Assembly (NCBI GenBank): GCA_963674865.2
Contig: CAXXYE010000009.1
Location: 448,001-512,000 of the forward strand
Source of the DNA: Candidatus Hydrogenedentota bacterium
GTDB lineage: Bacteria > Hydrogenedentota > Hydrogenedentia > Hydrogenedentales > SLHB01
DNA length: 64,000 bases
Direction of reading: 5' to 3'
How positions within the stretch are numbered: the first letter of the stretch is position 1; each line of letters starts with the position of its first letter. The notes beneath the pieces were generated by a model that saw only the letters and a program-made list of their open reading frames with translations, ran no database searches and was not told the DNA's origin. A program made the translations under genes and the position numbers. Positions 1 to 8,889 of the stretch are shown in pieces.

Positions 1-137
1 GTCAGCCTCCCTTAAACGCCTCGAACCGAGTTCGCTTCGAGCCGGGACGGAGGATAGCAGACTGCCGGGGAAATCTCACGTTTCACGCCCGGTGGCCGGG
101 CGCCGTGTCCGGAAGGCGGCTTTCCAATAAAGAACAG

Positions 138-575
138 GCCACGGATGGACACAGATGAACACTGAATCGGCTCCGGCACAGAGGAAGGATCGACATCCGG
201 ACGGAATTACTCAGCGTAGCTCTGCGCGCTCTGCGACTCCGCGTTGGGGGAACCTGAACGCAGAGAAGCAGAGATCGCGGAGTTGCGCAGAGAAGAACGG
301 GCCTGTGGGAGATAAGACTTTCCGCGGTTGATATCCGCGCAGGGCGCGTCGCGACGGCGCGTTCATCCAGGCCTTTTTGGGCGTTCCAGTCGTATCGAAA
401 AGCAGGGACAGACACGTCTTCGCTTCGCGCCGCTTGTGTCAGTCCCCGTTTTTCGCTTCTTCTTGACGCTTCTTCATCTACGGATAAGCAACGTCAATTA
501 TGAGTCAGAACACTGGCTGATTTGATCGGGGGGGCGGCGGGTGGCTATCCTTGACGCCCGCTGAGGCGGCATTTC
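138..575. repeat. Non-coding cluster of imperfect palindromes and short tandem units (REP/BIME-like)
   Basis: CCACGGATGGACACAGATGAACAC at ~138-162. CTCTGCG units (219-244) face CGCAGAG units (257-293). An imperfect 20-bp inverted repeat pairs 396-415 with 436-455. A TTGACG...CGTCAA hairpin spans 463-497. No credible ORF. Confidence 0.5.
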
Positions 576-649
576 GTTTGGGCATTCCAACGACTGGGCT
601 GGGACGTTCGACTGTTTTGTATTGCGGTGATAGAAGGGGAGTTTCTGCC

Positions 650-1417
650 ATGGGTACGCCGAAAATCGCCATGATTCTTTACACGGTGCGTGAGCCGGCG
701 AAGGAAGATTTGCCGGGCACGCTGAAGCGCGTTCGCGAAGCCGGATTCGAGTACGTCCAGTGGAGCGGGATGCCGAAACTGCCCGCGGAGGAGGCTCGCA
801 AGGCCCTCGATGACGCGGGCCTCACGGCCGTCGCGGCGCACGTCAGCATCGAGCCCTTCGAGGAGGAGTTCGACGAAACCGTCGCCTTCTGGAAGACGGT
901 GGGCTCGCTCGACGTGGCTCCGGGCGGTATGATGCGCGACTGTAAGGAGACGCTCGAGGACTGGCTCCGCGGCGCTGAGCGGCTGGATGCCGTGGGCGCG
1001 AAGCTTCGTGACGCCGGGATGCGCCTCTCGTATCACAACCACGCGGGCGAGTTCGAGACGTATCCGGGCGATGAGCGCTGCAAACTCGACATCCTTTACG
1101 AGGAGACGTCGCCGGAGCATCTTTTTGCGGAACTCGATACGGCCTGGGTGCATCACGGCGGCGCCGATCCGGCGGCCTATATCCGCAAGTACGCCGGGCG
1201 GTGTCCGGTCATCCACGTCAAGGATACGCACGGGAAGGACGCCGAAGGCAATGTGCGGTTCGCCGAATTGGGCCGGGGATTGCTCGATTGGGACGCGATC
1301 TTCTCGGCGGCGCGGGAGTCGGGCGTGGAATGGTGCATCTATGAACAGGACAAGTGCGACGGGGACGTGTTTGACAGCGTCCGCGCCAGCTTCGATTTTC
1401 TGGCTGAGAATCTGTAA
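650..1417 (+). CDS. Sugar phosphate isomerase/epimerase (xylose isomerase-like TIM barrel, IolE/AP-endonuclease-2 family)
   Basis: Motifs LYTVR, YHNH..EF, ELDTAW, IHVKD and YEQD. ATG at 650 follows an AGGGGAG RBS. Confidence 0.85.
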   Translation: MGTPKIAMILYTVREPAKEDLPGTLKRVREAGFEYVQWSGMPKLPAEEARKALDDAGLTAVAAHVSIEPFEEEFDETVAFWKTVGSLDVAPGGMMRDCKETLEDWLRGAERLDAVGAKLRDAGMRLSYHNHAGEFETYPGDERCKLDILYEETSPEHLFAELDTAWVHHGGADPAAYIRKYAGRCPVIHVKDTHGKDAEGNVRFAELGRGLLDWDAIFSAARESGVEWCIYEQDKCDGDVFDSVRASFDFLAENL

Positions 1418-1443
1418 CTGAATCTGAAGAAGGAGATCTTGAG

Positions 1444-2193
1444 ATGGGCAGCATTCCATTCGCGTTGCAGCTCTACACCGTGCGCGATCACATGAGCGAG
1501 GACGCCGCCGGGACGCTCAAACGCGTCAAGGAGATCGGCTACGACAACGTCGAGCTGGCGGGCACCGCCGGCCTTTCCCCGGCCGAGTTCAAGGCCATTC
1601 TGGATGACGTCGGCCTCACGGCCGTCGCGGGCCACGTTGGGCTCAGTGACGCCACGAAGGACGTGGACAAACTCATCGAGACGGCCCAGACGCTCGGGAT
1701 GAAGCACGTCGTGGTGCCGGGCATCGATCGCGCCTTGACGGCCGATAAGCAGGGCTGGATCAATTGCGGTGAGGCCATGAACGAGGGGGGCGCGAAGCTC
1801 CTCAGCGCGGGCATTCGCCTGAGCTACCACAATCACAACCACGAGTTCGAGCAATATGACGGCGAGTACATCCTCGACATACTCCTGGGCGCGGCCCAGC
1901 CGGAGAATCTCGGCTCGGAACTCGACACATACTGGGTGAAGTTCGGCGGCGCGGATCCGTTGGCGCAGATCAATAAGCTGAAGGGCCGCTGCCCGCTGCT
2001 GCACATCAAAGACATGACTCCGGGCGATGATCCGACCTTCGCCGAAGTCGGCAAGGGCATCATCGATTGGGCGCCCATATTCGCGGCCGGCGCGGAAGCC
2101 GGTACGGAGTGGTATATCGTCGAGCAGGACACCTGTCCGGGCGACTCACTTGAAAGCGCCCGCATCAGCGCCGAGTTCATGGCGGCGCAGTAG
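1444..2193 (+). CDS. Sugar phosphate isomerase/epimerase (paralogue of the upstream gene)
   Basis: Motifs LQLYTVRD, YHNHNHEF, ELDTYW, LHIKD and IVEQD. AAGGAG RBS. Confidence 0.88.
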   Translation: MGSIPFALQLYTVRDHMSEDAAGTLKRVKEIGYDNVELAGTAGLSPAEFKAILDDVGLTAVAGHVGLSDATKDVDKLIETAQTLGMKHVVVPGIDRALTADKQGWINCGEAMNEGGAKLLSAGIRLSYHNHNHEFEQYDGEYILDILLGAAQPENLGSELDTYWVKFGGADPLAQINKLKGRCPLLHIKDMTPGDDPTFAEVGKGIIDWAPIFAAGAEAGTEWYIVEQDTCPGDSLESARISAEFMAAQ

Positions 2194-2213
2194 GCACGAC
2201 GGAATCCGGATAC

Positions 2214-2262
2214 GCCGCGCCGCTGCTTTTCGGGAAAGCCCGGCGGCGGCGCGGCCTTATTT
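2214..2262 (+). terminator. GC-rich hairpin after the isomerase pair (possible terminator or processing stem)
   Basis: GCCGCGCCGC (2214-2223) pairs with GCGGCGCGGC (2246-2255), followed by CTTATTT. Confidence 0.35.
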
Positions 2263-2305
2263 CATAGATGATCGCTCGCAGGCGGGATGTAAGGAGAGGT
2301 ACGTC

Positions 2306-3235
2306 ATGTTTGATGTCCAAACGCTGTCAGCGGCGTTGATCCAGCGGCGGCGGGCGATGCCTGAAGTCAACGCTATCGCGGAGGGCAAGGCGCTGGCGCA
2401 TCCCGCGCCAAGAGCGCCTCGAATCTTCGCGGATACGGCGAAGATCGACGAGATCCGGCCTCTTTTCGAGGCAGGCATCATCAATGGCGTTACCACCAAT
2501 CCCACGTTGCTCAAGAAGGCAGGCGCAAGTTCATGGAAAGAGGCCAAGGCGATCCTCACGGAGATCTTGCGCACCGTGGCGCCGGGCCCCGTCAGTCTCG
2601 AACTGACGGAGGTCACGCCGGAGAAGATGATTCCGCAGGCGGAGGAGCTTGCGGCGCTCGGGGAGAACGCCATCGTCAAGGTGCCGGTGGGCGGATACGC
2701 CGCGCTCGACAAGGCATACGATCCGCAGACGGGACTTAGGGTGATCCGGCAGTTGTGGGAGCGGGATATCCGCACCAACGCGACACTGGTGTTCAACTCG
2801 ACGCAGGCCCTTTGGGCCGCGAATGCCGGGGCGATGTGCGTGAGTCCCTTCTTGGGCCGTCTCGCGGATTATATGTACAAGAATGACATGCCGGAGCGGC
2901 CTTCGGGGAACTCCCTGTACCACATCGAGGATCACAAGGACGCTCGGGGCGATCAGCACACGGCCAACACGGAGTACGTTGCCTGCGGCGGGCGGCGCAA
3001 GGACGCGGGCGTCAGGCTCATCCGAGAGATCGCGGCTATCTTCGCCAATTACGATATTAAGACGGAAGTCCTCGCGGCCAGCGTGCGAAACCTCGCGCAG
3101 CTCTCGGAGCTTCTCGTGGCCGGTGCGGATATTCTGACGGTGCCCGCGCAGATTCTCGCGCGCGTGGCCGACCACCCGCTGTCCGACGCGGGCATGGTGA
3201 ATTTCGATTCGGACGCGAAGGCGTTTTCGCAATAG
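2306..3235 (+). CDS. tal: Transaldolase (TalC/FSA-like family) with N-terminal extension and internal insertion
   Basis: FADTA, GVTTNPT, VSLE, Schiff-base Lys in IVKVP, TNATLVF, SPFLGR, LAASVR, GADILTVP. ATG at 2306 follows AAGGAGAGG. Confidence 0.85.
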   Translation: MFDVQTLSAALIQRRRAMPEVNAIAEGKALAHPAPRAPRIFADTAKIDEIRPLFEAGIINGVTTNPTLLKKAGASSWKEAKAILTEILRTVAPGPVSLELTEVTPEKMIPQAEELAALGENAIVKVPVGGYAALDKAYDPQTGLRVIRQLWERDIRTNATLVFNSTQALWAANAGAMCVSPFLGRLADYMYKNDMPERPSGNSLYHIEDHKDARGDQHTANTEYVACGGRRKDAGVRLIREIAAIFANYDIKTEVLAASVRNLAQLSELLVAGADILTVPAQILARVADHPLSDAGMVNFDSDAKAFSQ

Positions 3236-3288
3236 CGCTGAGGTCGTTCAGCGGCCCCGGCGGGACACGCAGCGGGAGGAAATGACGC

Positions 3289-5850
3289 ATGCCTTCCATT
3301 CATGATGGACCTCACTCACCCCTTTTTGAGCCGCTTGTATTCAAGGGCAACACGACGTTGAAGGGCCTGGCCGGGGTGGATATCCCGGAGAAGATGAAGG
3401 AGAACTTGGCGCATGCGCCGTCGGGCGCTTGTACGTGCTGGGGGCTGCCTTTCGAGGTGGGACGCGTTGCGTGCATCAAGGATACGCCGCTTTCCGTCAC
3501 GACGGCGCCCACGAAGGCGCAGTGGCTGGTGTTCATGCACACGACGGCCCCCGAGCCCCTCGAATGGAACGAGCATGGCGTCATCTCGCCGACGCGCGGC
3601 GCGGGCCGGCTCAAGGAGCAGGTCGCTGACTATGTCATCTGCTATGCCGATGGCTCGGAGGCCCGCGCGGCCATTCGGCGGCGGTTCGAGGTCGGCATGG
3701 CCTCCCGTGGCTGGGGGGAGAACTGCTTCGCGGCGGTGGGCTGCCGCAAGCCGCATCCCGTCCCGGCGCATCATGAGCAGCCGGGATTCCCCGATTTGCC
3801 TTGGGGCCAGTCGCAGACGCGGGCGTGCCATCCTGATATCCTCCCTTGGACGAATTGGCTCTGGGCCTGGGAGAATCCCCATCCGCGCAAGGCTATTGCG
3901 GGATTCCGCTTCGAGCCGCAGGGCAAATGGGTGCTGGTCTTCGGCGTTGCGGCGGGCAAGGCATCGGCTATGCCGCTTCGCTGGGAGCGGCGGCGGAAGG
4001 CCATGTTCCGCCTGCCCAAGGGCACGGCATTCGATCCTACGCTCGATTCCCGGGGGCAATTGAGCCAGATTCAACTCGATCTGGGCCAAGTCATCTCGGC
4101 CCGGCCGCGCATGCTGTATCCGAACGAGGCATGGGCGAAGACGTACAATAACAAGCCGCCCGAGCTCTCATCGCGCGAGGTCCTCGTCGAGTATACGGCG
4201 CATCCCGACGCCCGCTTTCACCTGCCTGGCGGGAAGGTTGTCCCGGCGGCTAAGGTGGCCGCGGCGGCGCGCGGCCCGCTGACGCCCATCGAGCCGGCGA
4301 CGCAGCGCGTTATGCTGCGCGTTGTCGAGAAGGATGGCCGCAAGCCGGTGGCCGTTAAATTGCACGTCCATGGCGAGGCAGGGGAATACCTGCCGCCGCT
4401 CGATCGTCACCGCGTGCCTAATGCGGCCTGGTTCGAGGACTACAGTCCGGAATTCCTGAACCAGGGACTCCATTACTGCGCGTATATTCCCGGTGAAACG
4501 TCTATCGATCTGCCGCTCGGCAAGGTGTACATCGAAGTAAGCAAAGGCTTCGAAATCAAACCTGTGCGCAAGGTCCTTGAAGTCACTCCGGGCACGAAGA
4601 GATTGACCTTAAGCGTCGAGAAAGTCCTTCCCTGGCGCGAGCGGGGATGGGTTACCGCCGACACGCACGTTCATTTCCTGTCGCCATCCACGGCCCGTCT
4701 CGAAGGCGCCGCCGAGGGCGTGAACGTTGTCAATCTTCTCGCGAGTCAATGGGGCGAGTTGATGACTAATGTGGGCGACTTCGACGGCAGGACGACCTTC
4801 GGCTCGAAGGAGGCGGGGGGTGATGGCGAGTATCTCGTCCGCGTCGGCAGCGAGAACCGCCAGCATGTTCTCGGCCATATTTCGCTCTTAGGATATCAAG
4901 GCAACATCATCGCGCCCATGACGACGGGCGGCCCCGATGAATCGGCCCTCGGCGATCCCGTCGAGATCCTGCTGGCGGAGTGGGCGCGTCAATGCAGGAA
5001 GCAGGGCGGGCTGGTGGTGCTGCCCCACTTCCCCAATCCGCGCGCGGAGCACGCCGCGGCCTTGATCCACGGCGATATCGACGCCATCGAGATGACCTCC
5101 TGGGGCAACTTGTACGGCGGCATCGACCCCTACTCCCTGTCCGATTGGTACCGCTACCTCAACTGCGGCTATTTCGTGCCGGCCGTGGCGGGCACGGATA
5201 AGATGTCGGCCACGACGGCCGTCGGGACGGTGCGCACGTACGCGAAGATTGCGCGCGGCCGTCCATTCGATTACGAAGCTTGGAAAGACGCGGTGCGCTC
5301 GGGCCAAACGTTTGCCACCTATGGCCCGCTGCTGGAGTTCGCCGTGGAAGGGAAGCCGGCAGGCACGTGGATCAAGATGAAGCGCGGCGGCGGCACGGTG
5401 GATGTCACGTGGCAGGCGGCGAGCGTCACGATTCCCATGACGCGCGTCGAACTCATCAGCAATGGCGAGATCATCGAGAGCCGCTCCGTGCGTTCCCGAA
5501 GCGATGAAGGGCACTGGTCGGTGAAGGTGGAGCGCAGCGCGTGGCTCGCGCTCATCGTGCGCGGCCGGTACACCGATATGCCGGAGATCATCGCGGCGCA
5601 TTCATCGCCGGTGATGGCGCCCGTCGCGGGAAGCCCCTTCTTCGCGAAGGCCGATGCCGTGACGATCCTCGAGCAGATTGAAGGGGCGCTGGCTTACCTG
5701 GACACGATGGGGATTCGCGCCGAGGACAAGGCTTACAAGCGGATGCGCCTCGTCTTGACAGGCGCCTACCGTGAACTTCACAACCGGATGCACCAGGCCG
5801 GGCATTTCCATGATCATTCGCATGCCACGGATCATCCTGAGCACCATTAG
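3289..5850 (+). CDS. CehA/McbA-family PHP-fold metallohydrolase with long N-terminal region and His-rich tail
   Basis: WVTADTHVH, GHISLLG, LPHFP, WYRYLNCG, AVAGTD, RTYA, TFATYGPLL and AHSSPV motifs. Confidence 0.75.
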   Translation: MPSIHDGPHSPLFEPLVFKGNTTLKGLAGVDIPEKMKENLAHAPSGACTCWGLPFEVGRVACIKDTPLSVTTAPTKAQWLVFMHTTAPEPLEWNEHGVISPTRGAGRLKEQVADYVICYADGSEARAAIRRRFEVGMASRGWGENCFAAVGCRKPHPVPAHHEQPGFPDLPWGQSQTRACHPDILPWTNWLWAWENPHPRKAIAGFRFEPQGKWVLVFGVAAGKASAMPLRWERRRKAMFRLPKGTAFDPTLDSRGQLSQIQLDLGQVISARPRMLYPNEAWAKTYNNKPPELSSREVLVEYTAHPDARFHLPGGKVVPAAKVAAAARGPLTPIEPATQRVMLRVVEKDGRKPVAVKLHVHGEAGEYLPPLDRHRVPNAAWFEDYSPEFLNQGLHYCAYIPGETSIDLPLGKVYIEVSKGFEIKPVRKVLEVTPGTKRLTLSVEKVLPWRERGWVTADTHVHFLSPSTARLEGAAEGVNVVNLLASQWGELMTNVGDFDGRTTFGSKEAGGDGEYLVRVGSENRQHVLGHISLLGYQGNIIAPMTTGGPDESALGDPVEILLAEWARQCRKQGGLVVLPHFPNPRAEHAAALIHGDIDAIEMTSWGNLYGGIDPYSLSDWYRYLNCGYFVPAVAGTDKMSATTAVGTVRTYAKIARGRPFDYEAWKDAVRSGQTFATYGPLLEFAVEGKPAGTWIKMKRGGGTVDVTWQAASVTIPMTRVELISNGEIIESRSVRSRSDEGHWSVKVERSAWLALIVRGRYTDMPEIIAAHSSPVMAPVAGSPFFAKADAVTILEQIEGALAYLDTMGIRAEDKAYKRMRLVLTGAYRELHNRMHQAGHFHDHSHATDHPEHH

Positions 5851-5874
5851 AGCGGAATTGAGGCAATAGCAGAG

Positions 5875-6762
5875 ATGAGAGGAACACGTCCACGGCGCCG
5901 CGCGTCTTGCGCGAAGATCTTCAAGCCGGCCGAAACCGCCGCCCTTGGCGTGCGGAGCGGCTGGCTTCTCAGGATGGGCGTTGGCCTGCTTGCCGTGGCG
6001 CTAGCTGGATGTAATCGCGGCATGATTCATGGGACTGTGGTTGACCTCGAGGGAGAGCCGCTTCCGGGCGTGGCCGTTGAAATCGAGGGAACGCGGACAC
6101 AGGCCCTAACGGGGGAACTGGGCGAGTACACCGTCTTCTTTCCCCCGGGGCCTATCACGCTCCGGTTCATGAAAACCGGATACACCTCGGGCCGTCTTGA
6201 GTTGACGCCTCGGGGCCGCCGCGTGCAGGCCACCAGCGTGTCGCTCTGGCGATTGCCGCAGGATAAGGGGGTGTACCTCTTTGAGGATTTCCAGTACCTC
6301 CCGACGGACTGGGTGGAGCCGGAGCAGCTTGTCACCACCGACAACCGCATCGTCTATGGCACGCGCCGCCAGATCCAATTGGCCATAACCGAGCCGGAGC
6401 CTATGCTGATCGCGCACAAGATGCAGCCGGCCTATGACGCGCAGTTCTGCCGGATGCATCTCATCGAGGTTACGTTGCAGGAGCCGGGCGGCGAGCCGTA
6501 TACGCGGGAGATCCTGACGAAGGACGAGCCCCTGCCCATCGACGTCGCGCCCGTCGATCCACCGGAGAAGCTGCTCCTGCGATTGCGGCCGCTCGAACCT
6601 CTGGAGCCGGGGGCCTACGCCGTCCATTGGGGCGCGCTGGATGGTTACCGCACCGCCGACCCGCGGATGTTTCTCTTCCGGATCGCAGCGCCCGAAGGCG
6701 AGGAGAATACCGCCCTGGAAAATCCCGAAGAGGCGCCTACGCCAGGTGATGGTGCCGGTTAA
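5875..6762 (+). CDS. Putative lipoprotein with carboxypeptidase-regulatory-like (beta-sandwich) domain
   Basis: Hydrophobic stretch ending in lipobox LAGC, then GTVVD..GEPLPGVAVEIEGT...GEY. The real start may be slightly downstream. Confidence 0.65.
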   Translation: MRGTRPRRRASCAKIFKPAETAALGVRSGWLLRMGVGLLAVALAGCNRGMIHGTVVDLEGEPLPGVAVEIEGTRTQALTGELGEYTVFFPPGPITLRFMKTGYTSGRLELTPRGRRVQATSVSLWRLPQDKGVYLFEDFQYLPTDWVEPEQLVTTDNRIVYGTRRQIQLAITEPEPMLIAHKMQPAYDAQFCRMHLIEVTLQEPGGEPYTREILTKDEPLPIDVAPVDPPEKLLLRLRPLEPLEPGAYAVHWGALDGYRTADPRMFLFRIAAPEGEENTALENPEEAPTPGDGAG

Positions 6763-7741
6763 GGTCGACCTCGTGCTCAATGGGCCTGCCGCTGACGTAC
6801 GCCTCGATCTCGTCCGCCACGAGTTTCCCCTGCCGCCGGCAGTTCTGCCGCACAGCGCCCGCCACGTGGGGCGTGAGGATGCAGTTCGGGAGGGCGTAAA
6901 GCGGATTGCCTGCCTCGGGCGGCTCGGGGTCTGTCACATCGAGGCACGCGAGTATGCGTCCTTTCCGCAGTTCCGCGATGAGGGCTGGCTCATCCACGCA
7001 CGCTCCCCGCGCCGTGTTGATGAATATCGCCCCATCCCTCATAAGCGCGAGGTTATCGCCGTTGATGATGTGATGCGTCTCATCCGTCTTCGGCGTGTGC
7101 AGACTCACCACGTCCGAGCGGCGCATCAATTCATCCAGCGCAACCAGTTCGACGCCCATCGACTCGGCCTGTTCCGGCGCGACGTAGGGGTCGTATAGCA
7201 GAATGGCCGCGAGGCGGAGGGTTTTGCATAGGCGGATCATCTCTCGGCCTACGCAGCTCGCGCCGACAATGCCCACGGTTGCGCCGTATGGCTCGCGGAT
7301 CCACGGGTCGCCCGGGGTGCGATCCCATGTGCCCGCGAGGGTGGCCACGTGCAGTTGCCAGACGCCTTTCATGGATACGAGCATCATCCCGAAAGCGAAT
7401 TCCGCGACGCCTACGGCCAAGGCGGCCCGGGCGGAACTCACACGGATGCCGCGTTCCTGGAACGCCTCACCCACGATGCCCTTTACCGAGCCCGCGGCGT
7501 GGCATACCAACTTGAGGCCCGGGGCCGCGGCAAGCATGGCATCATTGATGGACTTCGACCCCCATCCCGTTATCGCGACCTCCGCTCCCGCGATCTGCGC
7601 TTGTTGTGCGTCCTCCGTCATGTCCTCGACTGAGGCGGGGCGCAGGTCGGTTGCCGCGTCGATCCTCGCCAAGTCTTCCTCGGCGAAGCAGCGCGCCTGC
7701 ATTTCCCGTGTTACCAACATCACTGTCTTCGGTTTGGCCAT
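6737..7741 (-). CDS. D-isomer-specific 2-hydroxyacid dehydrogenase
   Basis: Rossmann motif GIVGASCVG, VSLHTP, FINTARG, LDVTDPEP and TPHVAG catalytic motifs. Confidence 0.9.
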   Translation of the reverse strand: MAKPKTVMLVTREMQARCFAEEDLARIDAATDLRPASVEDMTEDAQQAQIAGAEVAITGWGSKSINDAMLAAAPGLKLVCHAAGSVKGIVGEAFQERGIRVSSARAALAVGVAEFAFGMMLVSMKGVWQLHVATLAGTWDRTPGDPWIREPYGATVGIVGASCVGREMIRLCKTLRLAAILLYDPYVAPEQAESMGVELVALDELMRRSDVVSLHTPKTDETHHIINGDNLALMRDGAIFINTARGACVDEPALIAELRKGRILACLDVTDPEPPEAGNPLYALPNCILTPHVAGAVRQNCRRQGKLVADEIEAYVSGRPIEHEVDLNRHHHLA

Positions 7742-7904
7742 GGCGGTATCCTTTGCGGATTGTCATGACAACGCGGCGGCGCGTTGCCTCTGGGCCTTGG
7801 CATCGGAGCCCGCTGCAACGTATACGATAGAGAACTGATTTGCAACACCCTTTGGGAAAACGATAACCTGCCATCATCTTCTTAACGTATTCCCGGAGGC
7901 GCGA

Positions 7905-8855
7905 ATGAAAAAGACTCAATTTGTCGAAGTCTTGCAGGAAGGTGACGCGGTAAATGACTATTTTGTGGCGATTCGCAAGGACTTGCGCACGCAGCAGAAT
8001 GGGGGCAAGTTCCTCGGTATGGTGTTCAAGGATCGCACCGGCGAGATAGGAGGGATCCTTTGGAATAATGCCGCGTCGGTGGCGCGTCTATTCGAATTGG
8101 GGGACGTGGTGAACGTGCGGGGGCTGGTGGTGAGCTACCAGGGGCGTCTCCAAATACGCGTGGAGCAGGTTCTTCCCTTAAAGGAAGACGAATACGCGCG
8201 TGCCGATCTGGTCGCCGAACCGGAGGACACGGGTGAGGTCCTGGGCAAATTGCGCGCGGGGCTCGAGAGCATTCAGGATGAGTGGCTCGGCGCACTGGTG
8301 AAGTCTTATCTGGATGATGAGGTCTTTATGGGGCGGTTTACCGCCGCGGCCGCGGGCAAGAAGTGGCATCACGCGTATCCGGGCGGATTGCTCCAGCATT
8401 GCTATGAAGTGAGCCGCATCGCCGAGTGCGTCTGCGAGATGTTTTCTTCGATTAATCGCGACCTGCTTCTTGCCGCCGTGTTCCTGCACGACATCGGCAA
8501 ACTCGACGAGATGACGCAAGACCTATTCGTTGAGTACTCTACCGAGGGCAAACTTCTCGGCCATCTGTACATGGGCGCGAAGGATATCGAGGTGCGTATC
8601 GCCGCTATCGACGGCTTTCCGGAGATGCTGCGATTGCAGCTCATGCATTGCGTGCTCGCCCACCACGGCGAGCTTGTCAACGGCTCACCTATTGTGCCGA
8701 AGTCTATCGAGGCGGTTGTTCTCTATCACTGCGATAACCTCGACGCCCAGGCCGATGCTTTTGAGCGGGTCAGCGAAGAGACTCGCAAGAAGGGCCAGCC
8801 TTGGTCGGACTACATTCCTCTTATCGAACGCCAGATCTGGGCGAAGGAAGAATAG
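7905..8855 (+). CDS. yhaM: 3'-5' exoribonuclease YhaM family (OB-fold + HD domain)
   Basis: N-terminal OB fold (DRTGEI..ILW), HHAYPGGLLQH, LHDIGK, GKLLGH, LAHHG, HCDNLDA. Confidence 0.88.
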   Translation: MKKTQFVEVLQEGDAVNDYFVAIRKDLRTQQNGGKFLGMVFKDRTGEIGGILWNNAASVARLFELGDVVNVRGLVVSYQGRLQIRVEQVLPLKEDEYARADLVAEPEDTGEVLGKLRAGLESIQDEWLGALVKSYLDDEVFMGRFTAAAAGKKWHHAYPGGLLQHCYEVSRIAECVCEMFSSINRDLLLAAVFLHDIGKLDEMTQDLFVEYSTEGKLLGHLYMGAKDIEVRIAAIDGFPEMLRLQLMHCVLAHHGELVNGSPIVPKSIEAVVLYHCDNLDAQADAFERVSEETRKKGQPWSDYIPLIERQIWAKEE

Positions 8856-8889
8856 AGGTATCCCCCGCGCGAGGCGCGTCTCAAGCGAT

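Noticed and set aside
138..500. Possible CRISPR array or tRNA
   Set aside because: No regularly spaced identical repeats, no cas genes, and no cloverleaf or T-loop motif.
545..3232. Long antisense ORFs such as 545..1459, 1339..2004 and 2531..3232, and similar ones elsewhere (10502..11365, 35025..36215, 37515..38459, 38602..39813)
   Set aside because: They are shadow frames of well-supported genes in GC-rich DNA, with no recognisable motifs.
7905..8855. HD-domain protein as a defence nuclease (Cas3-HD-like)
   Set aside because: The OB-fold plus HD layout is that of housekeeping YhaM, and no defence genes are nearby.
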